Shown piece by piece: positions 44,128 to 54,601 of a stretch of 64,000 nucleotides of DNA. Both the position numbers and the translations under genes were made by a program. How positions within the stretch are numbered: the first letter of the stretch is position 1; the number at the start of each line of letters is the position of its first letter. The DNA lies in the NCBI GenBank assembly GCA_963704885.1, contig CAVPIB010000004.1:416001-480000 (forward strand), written 5' to 3'. The notes below the pieces were generated by a model, which was not told the origin of the DNA, ran no database searches, and saw only the letters and a list, made by a program, of their open reading frames with translations. Source of the stretch: an uncultured Actinomycetes bacterium (GTDB lineage Bacteria; Actinomycetota; UBA4738; HRBIN12).

Positions 44128-45050
44128 GTGGGCTCCCCAGCGGTCGAGCCGTCGGCCGCCTGGTCGACGGCGGGAGTGGATGCCTCCGCCGGCTCTGCGA
44201 CCACCTCCGGCTCCTCGGGAGCGGCGATCTCGACCGGAGCGGGTGACGGAGCATCCGGCTCGAACACCGTGGTTGCGGCGATCTCGGCGGCGACCTCCGG
44301 GGTCTCGACCTCGGGCATGTCGGCTGCGACGGCCTCGGCGGTCATCTTCTCCACCAGGTCGTCCTTCGCGAGCCCTCGACCCTCACCCAGGCCGTCGGCG
44401 ATCACGCGCGCCACCAACGTGACCGCTCGGATCGCGTCGTCGTTGCCAGGGATAACGTAGTCGACCTCGTCGGGGTCGCAGTTCGTGTCGACGATGGCGA
44501 TCACCGGCACCTTCAGCTTGCGCGCCTCGGTCACCGCGATGTGCTCCTTCTTCGTGTCCACGATGAAGACGGCGTCGGGCACTCGGTCCAGATCCTGGAT
44601 CCCCGATAGATTGCGCTCGAGCTTCTCGCGCTCGCGCCGCAACCTGATCGCTTCCTTCTTCGGCAGGTAGTCCAAGGCCCCGGTGCGCTCCATCTCGCGC
44701 AGCTCGCGCATGCGCCCCAGGCGCTTGGAGATGGTGGTGAAGTTCGTGAGCATCCCGCCCAGCCAACGGTTGTTCACGTAGGGCATCCCGACGCGGGTGG
44801 CGTGGTCCGCCACGACCTCCTGGGCCTGCTTCTTCGTCCCAACGAACAGGACGATGCCTCCACGGCGGCCGAGGTCACGGACGAAGGCGTACGCCTCCTC
44901 GAGGCCCTCCAAGGATTTCTCGAGGTCGATGATGTAGATCCCGGAACGCTCCCCGTATAAGAAGCGAGACATCTTCGGGTTCCACCGGCGTGTCTGGTGG
45001 CCGAAGTGAACGCCCGCTTCGAGGAGCTCCCGCCTGGTCACAACAGGCAC
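44124..45050 (-). CDS. rpsB: 30S ribosomal protein S2
   Basis: [26 protein letters not shown]; GGAGG before GTG 45050. Confidence 0.98.
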
Positions 45051-45223
45051 GGGTGCCTCCTTCGCTCGGTTTTTCATCCTCCGCCCGGATCTTCCCGGCC
45101 CGGCCCTGTCCACTTGGGAAGGGACCCCGGGGCTCGGTCCTCGGGCGTGTGTGCTCGGCGTTCACGCGCCGGCGCGCGCAGTCTACCAGCGGGTTCCCGC
45201 TCCTCGATCCGAGCTCTCGAGTC

Positions 45224-46195
45224 TCAGCGGCGGCCGCGTTTGGGCGGTGGAGGACGCCGCGCGGGGGGATCGGGCACCTCGGCGGCGATCGAGAGGTAGC
45301 GGAACGCGATCGCGGCCAGAACCGCCACGTGGAGGATGTTCACCGCCATAACGAACAGCCAGGCACCGATGGTGGGATTCACGCCTATCACGTTGCCCGG
45401 CTTGCCGGGGGAGACGATCACCGCGATCGAGGGCACCACGTAGAGGGCGGCGAGCGTGAGGTTTCCCGCGCCAGGGATCCGTGCGGCGCGGACGGAGCGG
45501 GTCAGGCTGTCGGGCATGGACCGCCCCTCGTCGACGGCGATGACGGGCGCGAACACGAAGAAGTACGCCCCTATCACCAAGGCGCCGACCTGAAGCAGGA
45601 TGCCGAACCCCGGCCCCAGCAGCTGTCCAGCGAAGCTCGAGAGCGTGAGGATCCCCACCCCGATGACACAGACGGCGAACGCCACCGGCAGGGCGTGGAT
45701 CGCTCGTCGCGGACCCCACCCGCCGAGCCCGCCGCTGTCCAAGATGGTGACAACCGCCGAGCTCAGGAGCGCGAGTACCACGGCTCGGATCGCCAGGAAC
45801 GCCAGGATGCCGAGCAGACCCCCCTGCAGCCCGAAGACGCTGGTTGCGAGCGTCGCGTCCAGGCTGGTGCCGATCGGGGGCAGAGCGAGGAGGTTCGCGA
45901 GTGGAGCGAAAGGACCTTGGTACCCGGCCGCGATCAGCATGGCCCACACCAATAGCGGGAACGCGATCACGCAGATCAGCAGAGCCGGCGCCCCGATGAC
46001 GGTCACCACGCCTCGAGCCAGCGCGGTACGGATGCGAGGCATCGAACCCGGAGCCGAGCCACGCGGGCGGGTGACGAAGAAGGTGTCCAGCAGACGACTA
46101 CGTCGCGCCGGAGTGGGAGCCGTCGCGGATCTGGGATCTCGGTAGCCGCTCGAGCGCTGCGGCGGTCGTTTCGTCTTCTTCTTGCGGTTCGTCAT
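45224..46195 (-). CDS. Multi-pass membrane protein of unknown function
   Basis: About six hydrophobic segments, basic termini; ATGA overlap with the upstream gene. Confidence 0.7.
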   Translation of the reverse strand: MTNRKKKTKRPPQRSSGYRDPRSATAPTPARRSRLLDTFFVTRPRGSAPGSMPRIRTALARGVVTVIGAPALLICVIAFPLLVWAMLIAAGYQGPFAPLANLLALPPIGTSLDATLATSVFGLQGGLLGILAFLAIRAVVLALLSSAVVTILDSGGLGGWGPRRAIHALPVAFAVCVIGVGILTLSSFAGQLLGPGFGILLQVGALVIGAYFFVFAPVIAVDEGRSMPDSLTRSVRAARIPGAGNLTLAALYVVPSIAVIVSPGKPGNVIGVNPTIGAWLFVMAVNILHVAVLAAIAFRYLSIAAEVPDPPARRPPPPKRGRR

Positions 46196-47715
46196 AGGTC
46201 GGTCTCCCCGCCGGGCGGAACGGGATCGCGTTCGTCTTCCTTGCCGTCGTCCAGGAAGGCGGGACCCATACGGGAGGCGAGCGCTCGACCCCCGAGCGCG
46301 AGCAGTAGCGTCAACCCGACGGCGGCCGCCGCGAACGCGCCGAGTAGGGCCGGAAGATCGAGCTCCGTCGGTGAAGCCTCGGATAGGAGCTTGCCGTCCT
46401 CGTCATGGGAGTAAGCGACCAACCCCCCATCTGTCCCGCCCCTCACCCCAACCACTACGTCGGAGGCGATGGTGAGGCTCCGCAGCAGGGCCTGGCCGGG
46501 AGGGCTCTTCCACGCCAACCGGCCCGACCCCAGGTCGATGGCCACGAGTTGCCCCGTGGACGTGGCGACCAGCACGTGTTCCCCGGCGACCACGACCGGG
46601 GTCCGTGGGGTCGACACGTTGAGAGCGAAGTCCCAAACCCGCTCACCGCTCGAAGGGTCCAGTCGGTAGACCTGTCCGAACGAATCAAGCACGACGACCG
46701 CGTCGGGCGTCAGGGCCGGGCTCCCCGTGAAGAACAATGGACTGTTCAGCCGGGCGCTCCAGCGCTCCGAGCCATCGCCGAGGTCGAACGCCCGGACGCT
46801 CTGATCGGACATCCCCACGATCACCTGACCGTCGCCGATCGCCGGCGAAGTCGCGAACAGGGCGGCCCCAGGGATCTCGACGTTCCACGTCTGGGAGCCG
46901 TCGGCTTCGGCGAACGCCACGAGTCGAGCCAGGGTGGTTCGGCCTCCTTGGACGGCCGCTACGACCGACCCGTCGGCGGAGGCCAGCGGGTTGGCAAGGA
47001 ATCCCCCGGTCTTTGCCGACCACCGGAGCGAGCCGCTCGCCACGTCGACCGCGTAGACGTTCCCCCGGTTGTCTCCGACGTACGCGGTGTCGCCATCCAC
47101 CGTCACGCCGGTCCGGCTCACTTCCTTGAGCTGCAGGGGCTCATCCCAGATCGGTTCCTGCGTCTTCATGTCGATCGCCGTCAGGTTCGAGGCGAAGGGC
47201 TCTGAGGACGAGGAGACCGGAGAAGCGGATGGGGAGCCGGACACCTCCGCCGAGGGGGTAGGACTCGATCCCGGGGGCGAGTCGCCGAAGCCCTGCGTAT
47301 AGAGGAGCGCCTGCCCGTCGGGCGTGGAAGCGATGGCCGGCGAGACCGGCGGGCCGTATGTGCGATCCACGCTCCAGAGCGGCGCCCCGGAGTACAGGTC
47401 GGCCGCCACGACGACGAGCGGACCCACCGCGACCACGGTCGAGCCCGCGATCACGGGCGCAGAAAGACCGAACGTCCCGTCGGGGCCGCCGGGTGAGGCG
47501 CCGAAGCGCCAGGCCTCTTGGTACGGGGGCACCGGTGCCTCCGCGACGTAGCCGGTATGAGCCGGGTCGCCTTGCGCCTGACCCCATGCCTCCGACGCTT
47601 GGGCCGCGGCCGTTGCGGCTATCCAGATCGATCCCAGGATGGCTGCGAACGCGACGACAGCCGCGCTCGGAAAGAGGCGGCGACGAACAGCGGGATGGCA
47701 GCGGGACGAATGCAA
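46192..47715 (-). CDS. PQQ-like (BamB/AfsK-type) beta-propeller protein, secreted with a C-terminal TM anchor
   Basis: Repeated AxDxxxGxxxW blades, N-terminal signal sequence, C-terminal hydrophobic helix. Start uncertain. Confidence 0.82.
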   Translation of the reverse strand: MHSSRCHPAVRRRLFPSAAVVAFAAILGSIWIAATAAAQASEAWGQAQGDPAHTGYVAEAPVPPYQEAWRFGASPGGPDGTFGLSAPVIAGSTVVAVGPLVVVAADLYSGAPLWSVDRTYGPPVSPAIASTPDGQALLYTQGFGDSPPGSSPTPSAEVSGSPSASPVSSSSEPFASNLTAIDMKTQEPIWDEPLQLKEVSRTGVTVDGDTAYVGDNRGNVYAVDVASGSLRWSAKTGGFLANPLASADGSVVAAVQGGRTTLARLVAFAEADGSQTWNVEIPGAALFATSPAIGDGQVIVGMSDQSVRAFDLGDGSERWSARLNSPLFFTGSPALTPDAVVVLDSFGQVYRLDPSSGERVWDFALNVSTPRTPVVVAGEHVLVATSTGQLVAIDLGSGRLAWKSPPGQALLRSLTIASDVVVGVRGGTDGGLVAYSHDEDGKLLSEASPTELDLPALLGAFAAAAVGLTLLLALGGRALASRMGPAFLDDGKEDERDPVPPGGETDL

Positions 47716-47771
47716 AGCCGCGCCATTCTAGGGGAGCGGGTCCGACACGAGGAGATCGTCGGAAGCGACGC

Positions 47772-48260
47772 TCAGATCGGCGCGAGCCGGATCAGATCCA
47801 CCACGCTGGCCGGCGTGAGGAAGTCGAGCGGATCGACGTACGTTCCGCCGAGCCGAACCCCGAAGTGAAGGTTGGCCTGCAGGTCTGCGGGGTGTCCGGT
47901 CCCGCTGCGCCCGATCGGCTGGCCTTGGATCACGGCGTCCCCTTTGCGGACCAGCCGCTCGGACAGGTACGACGCCGTGGACAACAGCCCGCCCCCGTGG
48001 TCGACCGTCACGAAGAGGCTTCCCCCAACGCTTCCCGAGAAGCTCACCACCCCCGGGCCTGGAGACAGGACCATGGTCCCGACGGTCGCTGCGATGTCGA
48101 TGCCCCTGTGCCCTGATCCGTAGGGCGAGGCGGGCGGATCGAAGCCATGGATGATGGGGCCGGCTACCGGCCACGTCCAAGTGCCGAACGCGGACGCCGG
48201 CATCGCCGTCAGCCAGAGGGCGAGGACGGTCGCGATGAAGATCCCCAGGGTTCGTCGCAT
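47772..48260 (-). CDS. M23 family peptidase
   Basis: Signal peptide, GHRGID, LHFG, YVDPL; usual position before rpsB. Confidence 0.88.
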   Translation of the reverse strand: MRRTLGIFIATVLALWLTAMPASAFGTWTWPVAGPIIHGFDPPASPYGSGHRGIDIAATVGTMVLSPGPGVVSFSGSVGGSLFVTVDHGGGLLSTASYLSERLVRKGDAVIQGQPIGRSGTGHPADLQANLHFGVRLGGTYVDPLDFLTPASVVDLIRLAPI

Positions 48261-48294
48261 GCGGGCAACGGTACGCGGGCGCGTCGGCGACTTC

Positions 48295-48310
48295 CGTGAG
48301 ATCCGTCACT
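48295..48310. promoter_or_regulatory. CRP-like box upstream of the M23 gene
   Basis: CGTGA-gatccg-TCACT, centred -41.5 relative to the TACCGT -10 (48268-48273, minus strand). Confidence 0.6.
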
Positions 48311-48341
48311 CCAGCGACCGGTTCGGTGCTGGCGAGGTCGG

Positions 48342-49196
48342 TCAGTCGACCTCGGAGAGCTGGCCGCGGAGGCCACCCACCGCCTTGGTGTGGATCTGGC
48401 ACACCCGAGACTCCGTGACACCCAAGATCTCGCCGATCTCAGCGAGGGTCAGCCCCTCGAAGTAGTAGAGGGTGACCACGATCTTCTCTCGTTCAGAGAG
48501 CGAGTTGATGGCGGCGGCGAGCAGGCCACGGGTTTCCTGGCTCTCGACACCGGAAGTCGGATCGAGGTGCTTATCCGCAAGGGTGTCGATCAGCGAGACC
48601 TGCTCGCCGCGATCGGCGCCGACAGACACCAGCTCGTCGAGAGCCAGCACCGACACGAAAGAGATCTGACTGACCACGGCGTGGAGCTCCGAGCGGCTGA
48701 TGCCAAGGCGCTCGGCCATCTCGGCCTCGCTCGGCTGGCGCTTGAGCATCGCCTCCAGGTCGCTGTGGGCCTTCTCGATCTCGCGGGCCTTGAAGCGGAT
48801 CGAGCGGGGCACCCAGTCCATGGCGCGGAGCTCGTCGATGATCGCGCCCTTGATCCGCGGGATGGCGTATGTCTCGAACTTGTTTCCGCGCCCCGGCTCG
48901 AACTTGTGGAGCGCGTCGATCAGCCCGAACATGCCGTAGGACACCAGGTCCGCCTGCTCCACGCTCGACGGCAGACCGGTCGCTACACGGCTGGCCACGT
49001 ACTTCACGAGCGGCGCGTAGTGAAGGATCAGGCGCTCGCGCGCTTCCTCGGACTCCTCGCCCTTGAACCCCTGCCAGAGCTGACCGAGCTCGTCGTCGAC
49101 GGCCGGCGGGATCGTAACGGCGGGAGCCGAGGGTTTGGCCTTCGTTGCGGTGGCGGTCTTGCGGGCGGGGGTCTTAGTGCTCTTCGCCACGGTCAC
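48342..49196 (-). CDS. whiG: FliA/WhiG family sigma factor
   Basis: LVKYVA, DLVSYG, KFETYA, DELRAMDWVPRS, TESRVCQIH. Confidence 0.88.
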   Translation of the reverse strand: MTVAKSTKTPARKTATATKAKPSAPAVTIPPAVDDELGQLWQGFKGEESEEARERLILHYAPLVKYVASRVATGLPSSVEQADLVSYGMFGLIDALHKFEPGRGNKFETYAIPRIKGAIIDELRAMDWVPRSIRFKAREIEKAHSDLEAMLKRQPSEAEMAERLGISRSELHAVVSQISFVSVLALDELVSVGADRGEQVSLIDTLADKHLDPTSGVESQETRGLLAAAINSLSEREKIVVTLYYFEGLTLAEIGEILGVTESRVCQIHTKAVGGLRGQLSEVD

Positions 49197-50134
49197 GCCC
49201 TGGGGTGAGCTTGCTCGTGAGCCTGGAAGAGCCGTCGGCGGGAGACGTGCGTGTACCGCTGCGTGGTGGCAACGCTCGCGTGACCCAAGAGTTCCTGAAC
49301 GGCTCGGATGTCGGCTCCTCCTTCCAATAGGTGCGTGGCGAACGAATGCCTCAAGGAGTGCGGGGTGATCCGCCGCCCCGGAAGCACACGCACCGCATAT
49401 TGTTCCACCATCGCACGGATGTCGCGTCCGGTGAAGGACCTCCCCTTGCGGTTGAAGAACATGGTCGAACGGTCCTCCCCCGCCATGGTCGGCCGTCCGG
49501 CCGACAGGTAGGCGTCGATCGCGTCCACGGCGTGGTCGGACATGGGCACCTCGCGCTCCTTGTCACCCTTGCCGCGGACCAGGACACGGCCCCGATCCAG
49601 ATCGATGCGATCGATGGTGAGCCCCGCGACCTCCCCGACCCGCAGGCCGGAGCCGTAGAGCAGCTCCAGGACCGCACGATCGCGCAGCAGGACGGCTCGT
49701 TCGAACGGTTCGATCTCAGCCCTGGAGTCGACCGCCGCTGGAGCCTCGGCCAGTTCGGCGGCCTCAGCCGGCCGCAGCACCGTGGGCAGGCGATTGACCA
49801 CCTTGGGACTGCCCAGGAGCGCTGAAGGATCCCGATCGACCTGCCCCGTTGCCAGGGCCCATCGGTAGAACGTGTGGATCGCTCCGACCCGGCGGGCGAT
49901 CGACGAGCGCGCGTACCCCAGCGTGTGCTGCTGCGCCAGGAACCGCCGCAGCAGCGGGTACTCGACGGCGGCGAGCGATGAGCCGTTCCGCGTGAGGAAC
50001 GTGGACAGCTGGTTCAGGTCGCGGCCGTAGGCCGCGACCGTGTGTTCGGAGAGCCGTCGTTCATGCCGCAGGTGAGCGGCGAACGCGTCGATGAGCCGTG
50101 CCTCGGAGGCAGGGAGGTCCTCCCGGGGTGCCAA
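49193..50134 (-). CDS. xerC: Tyrosine recombinase XerC
   Basis: LYGSGLR, GKGDKER, HSLRHSFATH, LGHAS, TQRYT; dprA-xerC synteny. Confidence 0.9.
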   Translation of the reverse strand: MAPREDLPASEARLIDAFAAHLRHERRLSEHTVAAYGRDLNQLSTFLTRNGSSLAAVEYPLLRRFLAQQHTLGYARSSIARRVGAIHTFYRWALATGQVDRDPSALLGSPKVVNRLPTVLRPAEAAELAEAPAAVDSRAEIEPFERAVLLRDRAVLELLYGSGLRVGEVAGLTIDRIDLDRGRVLVRGKGDKEREVPMSDHAVDAIDAYLSAGRPTMAGEDRSTMFFNRKGRSFTGRDIRAMVEQYAVRVLPGRRITPHSLRHSFATHLLEGGADIRAVQELLGHASVATTQRYTHVSRRRLFQAHEQAHPRA

Positions 50135-50200
50135 ATGGTCCTCTCGGTCGGGAGCGGGGTGGTTGGGGCCCGTTCCTTGTACCAGCGGCTGCCCGAAGGT

Positions 50201-51331
50201 TCAAACACCCGACCCCTCCCGGCGCGCGCCGGCCAGCGTCCTCTCGTACCGACCGCCGACGCTACGAACCAACCCCCTGAGCTCCAGGCGGATCAGCGCC
50301 GCGATCGCGTCAGGGATGGAAAGTCGCGCGCTCCTAGCCACCACGTCGGGGAGTGACGGCACGATCAGCGCGACCCACGCCCGTCGCTCGGTGTCGGGCA
50401 GTTCGATAGGTGGATCGGCGGTCTCCACCGCGTCGTCCACACCTAGGTCGGCTAGCAGATCGTCCGCGCCGCGGATCAGCGTCGCACCGTCGCGGATCAT
50501 GGCGAGCGGGACCTCAGCCAGCGGGCTCGTGACAGGACCGGGCACGGCGAAGATCTCCCGCCCTAGGTCCAGGGCGTGATCGACGGAGATCCGCGAGCCG
50601 CTCTTGCCCCCTCCCTCCACCACGACCAGGGCCGATGCGAGCGCCACGATCAGCCGGTTCCGAGCCGGGAACCGATGGGCTTCGGCCGGAACCCCTGGCG
50701 CGTATTCGCTCACGACCGAGCCCACGGCGGCGATCTTGGCGATCAGTTCGGCGCTCGAACGCGGATACGGCTGATCGATGCCGGATCCGAGCACGGCGAT
50801 CGTCCGACCTCCAGCGTCGAGGGCTCCGCGGTGAGAGGCCGCGTCGATCCCGTACGCGGCGCCGCTCACGACGCAGGCGCCCGACGCCGCCACTCGTCTT
50901 CCAAGGTCGCGAGCCACTTCGCGCCCCAGGACCGAGCATCGACGCGAGCCCACGATCGCGACACGGAGCTCAGGGACCTCGAGCCTTGTCCCCTGGACGA
51001 ACACAGCGATCGGGGGGTCGTCCAGCTGCAAGAACACCAGCGGATACTCGCGGTTGTTAGGGGCGACGAACCGGGCGCCCGCCGCGGCCGCGGCGGCGAG
51101 GATGCCATCGGGCTCCGCCGAAAGGGCGTGTTCCCGATCGCCGTCGCTGCCGGCTCTGCCAGCCGTGATCGATGCGAGCGCGGCCGACGCACTCCCCTCT
51201 CGCCAACAGAGCCGGTGCAGGTTGCGGGGGGTGATCCCGCGGAGCGACGAGAGGACCACCAGAGCACGGCCGTCCTCGGCCGAAGCGCCGAACGCCTCCG
51301 GCCAACCTGTGGGTGCTGGGTCATCCGGCAC
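50201..51331 (-). CDS. dprA: DNA-processing protein DprA
   Basis: AIVGSR, VSGAAYGID, FPARNR, FAVPG. Confidence 0.93.
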   Translation of the reverse strand: MPDDPAPTGWPEAFGASAEDGRALVVLSSLRGITPRNLHRLCWREGSASAALASITAGRAGSDGDREHALSAEPDGILAAAAAAGARFVAPNNREYPLVFLQLDDPPIAVFVQGTRLEVPELRVAIVGSRRCSVLGREVARDLGRRVAASGACVVSGAAYGIDAASHRGALDAGGRTIAVLGSGIDQPYPRSSAELIAKIAAVGSVVSEYAPGVPAEAHRFPARNRLIVALASALVVVEGGGKSGSRISVDHALDLGREIFAVPGPVTSPLAEVPLAMIRDGATLIRGADDLLADLGVDDAVETADPPIELPDTERRAWVALIVPSLPDVVARSARLSIPDAIAALIRLELRGLVRSVGGRYERTLAGARREGSGV

Positions 51332-52856
51332 GAGCGAGTCCCTCCTCTCCGAACCCCTCCCGGTACGACAGCGCCTCCGCCAGATGCTCCGGCTCCACAC
51401 GGTCGGTCCCCGCCAGATCCGCGATGGTCCGGGCGACCTTCAGGGCGCGATCGAACCCGCGGCCCGTGAGCGCCAGGCTTTCGACGGCTCCGGCGAGCAG
51501 CTCCTCGGCGCCGCGCGCAAGCCGGGTCTCACGGCGGGCGAGCGGACCCGAAAGATGTGCGTTGCAGGCTACGGCGAGGGGCGCGTATCGGCGGCGTTGC
51601 CGGTCGCGGGCATCCTGGACCCGCGCCCGAACGACGTCGCTCGGCTCGCCTGTGCCGCTACCCATCAGCTCCTGGCGGCTCAGCCGCGGTACGCGTAGTC
51701 GCAGGTCGATCCGATCCAGGAGCGGACCCGAGAGCTTCTGTTGATAGAGCTGGACCCGATCCGAACGACACCGGCAATGTCGCACCGTATCGCCGTCGAA
51801 GCCGCACGGGCAGGGGTTGGCCGCGGCGACGAGAGTGAACCGGGCGGGGAACTCCACGGAGCCGGCTGCGCGGGTCACCACGACGCGACCGTCTTCGAGC
51901 GGTTGGCGCAGGCCCTCGAGAGCGTCCCGACGGAACTCGGTGAGCTCATCCAGGAACAGCACGCCATGGTGCGCCAAGGAGACCTCGCCCGGTCGCAGGA
52001 AGGTGGTTCCTCCACCCAGAAGCCCCGCTATCGACACGGAATGGTGGGGCGCACGGAAGGGCCGGGTAGTGAGCAGGCCACGCGCCCGCAGGAGTCCCGC
52101 GACGGAATGCAGCTGTGTCGCCTCGAGTGCCTCTTCGCGCGAGAGTTCCGGGAGGATGGTCGCGAGTCGACGTGCGAGCATGGTCTTTCCCGCGCCGGGC
52201 GGCCCGACCATCAAGAGGTTGTGTCCACCCGCCGCCGCCACCTCCAGCGCCCTGCGTGCCTGGGCCTGTCCGCGGATCTCCGAGAGATCGACCTTCGATC
52301 CCTCGACGACCTCGACGACCTCGGCTTCCACAGGCGAGGGTGTCCACGTCCCTCGGAGGAATCCCGCCACCTGTGCGAGCGTGGCCACGCCCACCACGCG
52401 CAGCGAGTCGATCTGGGCCGCCTCGACGGCGTTGGCCGCCGGGACCACCACACCGGTCAGACCCGCGCGAGCCGCCGCGATGGCCACCGAGATGATGCCT
52501 GGCGTCGGGAGCAACTCCCCTTTGAGCGAGAGCTCCCCCGCGAAGGCGTAGCCGATCACGGAGGCAGCTGGAACCTGCGCGGTCGCGGTCAGCACACCCA
52601 TGGCCATCGGCAGGTCGAGGCCGGGACCCTCCTTCCGCAGATTGGCTGGAGCCAGGTTCACGACCACCCGCCGCAGCGGCCACTCGAGACCGGCGCTCTC
52701 CACGGCCGGCCGCACCCTGTCGCGCGCGTCGTTCACGGCAGCACCCGGGAGACCGGTGAAGATGAGCGAGGGGAGGCCGCGTCCGACGTACGCCTCGACC
52801 GTGACGAGATGCCCGCCGACGCCGAGCACCGTGACCCCGATAACGCGCCCGTACAC
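51321..52856 (-). CDS. comM: YifB/ComM Mg-chelatase-like AAA ATPase
   Basis: NLAPA, GPPGAGKT, FLDEL, LRQPLE, NPCPCG, SGPLLDRID. Confidence 0.93.
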   Translation of the reverse strand: MYGRVIGVTVLGVGGHLVTVEAYVGRGLPSLIFTGLPGAAVNDARDRVRPAVESAGLEWPLRRVVVNLAPANLRKEGPGLDLPMAMGVLTATAQVPAASVIGYAFAGELSLKGELLPTPGIISVAIAAARAGLTGVVVPAANAVEAAQIDSLRVVGVATLAQVAGFLRGTWTPSPVEAEVVEVVEGSKVDLSEIRGQAQARRALEVAAAGGHNLLMVGPPGAGKTMLARRLATILPELSREEALEATQLHSVAGLLRARGLLTTRPFRAPHHSVSIAGLLGGGTTFLRPGEVSLAHHGVLFLDELTEFRRDALEGLRQPLEDGRVVVTRAAGSVEFPARFTLVAAANPCPCGFDGDTVRHCRCRSDRVQLYQQKLSGPLLDRIDLRLRVPRLSRQELMGSGTGEPSDVVRARVQDARDRQRRRYAPLAVACNAHLSGPLARRETRLARGAEELLAGAVESLALTGRGFDRALKVARTIADLAGTDRVEPEHLAEALSYREGFGEEGLARAG

Positions 52857-52951
52857 GAACGCGGACGCTACCCCGAGGTACTGACACGGTCCGACATATC
52901 ATCGCCGTGACGAGGCGACCGTCAGCGGTCGCGCGATCGGAGGGCGCCGGC

Positions 52952-53959
52952 GTGACTGGGTTCCGTTTGGCCGTCGCTATGGCGTTCGCGTTCGCGGTGA
53001 CGAACGGGCTGCACGACGCCGCGAACGCGATCGCGACGCTCATCGCAACGCGGGCCGGTCGCCCGCTTCCGGCCGTGCTCCTGGCCGCCGCGTGCAACAT
53101 GATCGGTCCGCTCGTCCTGGGCGCCGCGGTGGCGAACACGATCGCGACGATCGTGGAGGTCCCTCGGTCGGAGCAGATCGCGGTGATCGGCGCCGGGCTC
53201 ACCGGGGCCGTCGCCTGGAACGTGGTGACGTGGCTCCGAGGGCTCCCGGCGAGCTCCAGCCACGCCCTGGTCGGCGGGTTGGTCGGCGCGGCACTGGTGG
53301 CGGCCGGCGCGAGCGCGGTCAACTGGGGAGGCATCGAGGGCTGGCGCCCCGTCGGCGTGTGGGGTGTGCTGATCGCGCTCGCGGTCTCCCCGTTCCTCGG
53401 GTTCTGGGGAGCGGCCGGACTCACCCGCCTGTCGCTGCGCCCGCTCGGCCGCGCGACCACCCGCGTGCTCGGCCCGATCCGCAAGGGCCAGTGGGCGACG
53501 TCCGCGTGGCTCGCGTTCAGCCACGGATCGAACGACGCGCAGAAGGCCGTGGGCGTGGTCGCCGCCCTCCTGGTGGCGCACGGATCGATCGACTCGCTCG
53601 CGGCGCCGGTCTGGGTGACGCTCGTCTGCGGTACGGCGCTCACGCTGGGGACCGCGCTGGGTGGCTGGAGCATCGTCCGGACGATCGGGAGTCGCATCAC
53701 CCGCCTGCGCCCACTCGACGGGCTGACCAGCAGCACCGGCTCGGCGGGGGTGATCCTGGTCTCCTCTCTGATCGGGGCCCCCGCCAGCACGACCCAGGTC
53801 GTCTCATCGGCCGTGGTCGGCACCGGGTTCGGCCGGCATCGGGCAGGGCATGTTCACTGGGACATCGTCGGCAAGATCGTCATCGCGTGGATCACCACGC
53901 TCCCCGCCGCAGCGCTGATCGCAGCGGCGAGCTATCCCATCTGGAGGTGGTTGGCATGA
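52952..53959 (+). CDS. pit: PiT family inorganic phosphate transporter
   Basis: NGLHDAAN, PASSSHA, HGSNDAQK, PASTTQ; GGAGG before GTG 52952. Confidence 0.9.
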   Translation: MTGFRLAVAMAFAFAVTNGLHDAANAIATLIATRAGRPLPAVLLAAACNMIGPLVLGAAVANTIATIVEVPRSEQIAVIGAGLTGAVAWNVVTWLRGLPASSSHALVGGLVGAALVAAGASAVNWGGIEGWRPVGVWGVLIALAVSPFLGFWGAAGLTRLSLRPLGRATTRVLGPIRKGQWATSAWLAFSHGSNDAQKAVGVVAALLVAHGSIDSLAAPVWVTLVCGTALTLGTALGGWSIVRTIGSRITRLRPLDGLTSSTGSAGVILVSSLIGAPASTTQVVSSAVVGTGFGRHRAGHVHWDIVGKIVIAWITTLPAAALIAAASYPIWRWLA

Positions 53960-54573
53960 GGCGCACATGGTTCCTCCCGCAGACACTCGACGTGATCGGC
54001 ATGCTTCGGGAGCAGGCGACCGTCACGATCGAAGGGATCGAGGCACTGGTGGAGTGGGCGGGAGGTGATCCATCCGGTGCTGAACGCGTGCGGGAGCACG
54101 AACACATCGCCGACGACCGCAAGCGCGAGCTGTTCGCCGCCCTCACCGAGTCGTTCACCACGCCGGTCGACGCCGAGGACCTCTACATGATGTCCAAGCA
54201 CCTCGACGACGTGATGAACGGCGCGAAGGATGCGGTCCGCGAATGCGAGGTCATGGCGCTCGGCCCCGACGAGCACATCGAGAAGATGGCCGGTCTCTTA
54301 CTGGAGGGCGTTCGACACCTCGACGACGCCTTCCGTCTGCTCCGTCCCGATGGAGAGGAGGACCGCTCGAAGACCGAGGCGGCCGACGCGGCGATCAAGG
54401 CCCAGCGGCATCTCGAACGCGCCTACCGACACGCGATGTCGGCGCTGCTCGAGGTCGACGACCTCCGGGAGGTGATGGGCCGCCGGGAGCTATACCGGAG
54501 GTTCTCGCGTATCGGCGACAGCGTCATCGAAGCGGCCGAGCGCGTCTGGTACTCGACCCTCAAGGAGGGTTGA
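53956..54573 (+). CDS. DUF47 (PhoU-like) phosphate transport regulator
   Basis: EHIADD, FTTPVDAED; ATGA overlap with pit. Confidence 0.88.
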   Translation: MRRTWFLPQTLDVIGMLREQATVTIEGIEALVEWAGGDPSGAERVREHEHIADDRKRELFAALTESFTTPVDAEDLYMMSKHLDDVMNGAKDAVRECEVMALGPDEHIEKMAGLLLEGVRHLDDAFRLLRPDGEEDRSKTEAADAAIKAQRHLERAYRHAMSALLEVDDLREVMGRRELYRRFSRIGDSVIEAAERVWYSTLKEG

Positions 54574-54601
54574 GCCACGGCGCGCTGTTAGCATCCGCCG
54601 C

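Noticed and set aside
49193-50134. Tyrosine recombinase as the integrase of a mobile element
   Set aside because: It sits in the conserved dprA-xerC-whiG context; no att repeats or cargo are seen.
51946-53823. 625-aa minus-strand ORF and other long overlapping ORFs (e.g. 13324-14721, 27754-29208, 29331-30761, 60224-61633)
   Set aside because: Shadow frames typical of high-GC DNA that overlap well-supported genes and lack motifs.
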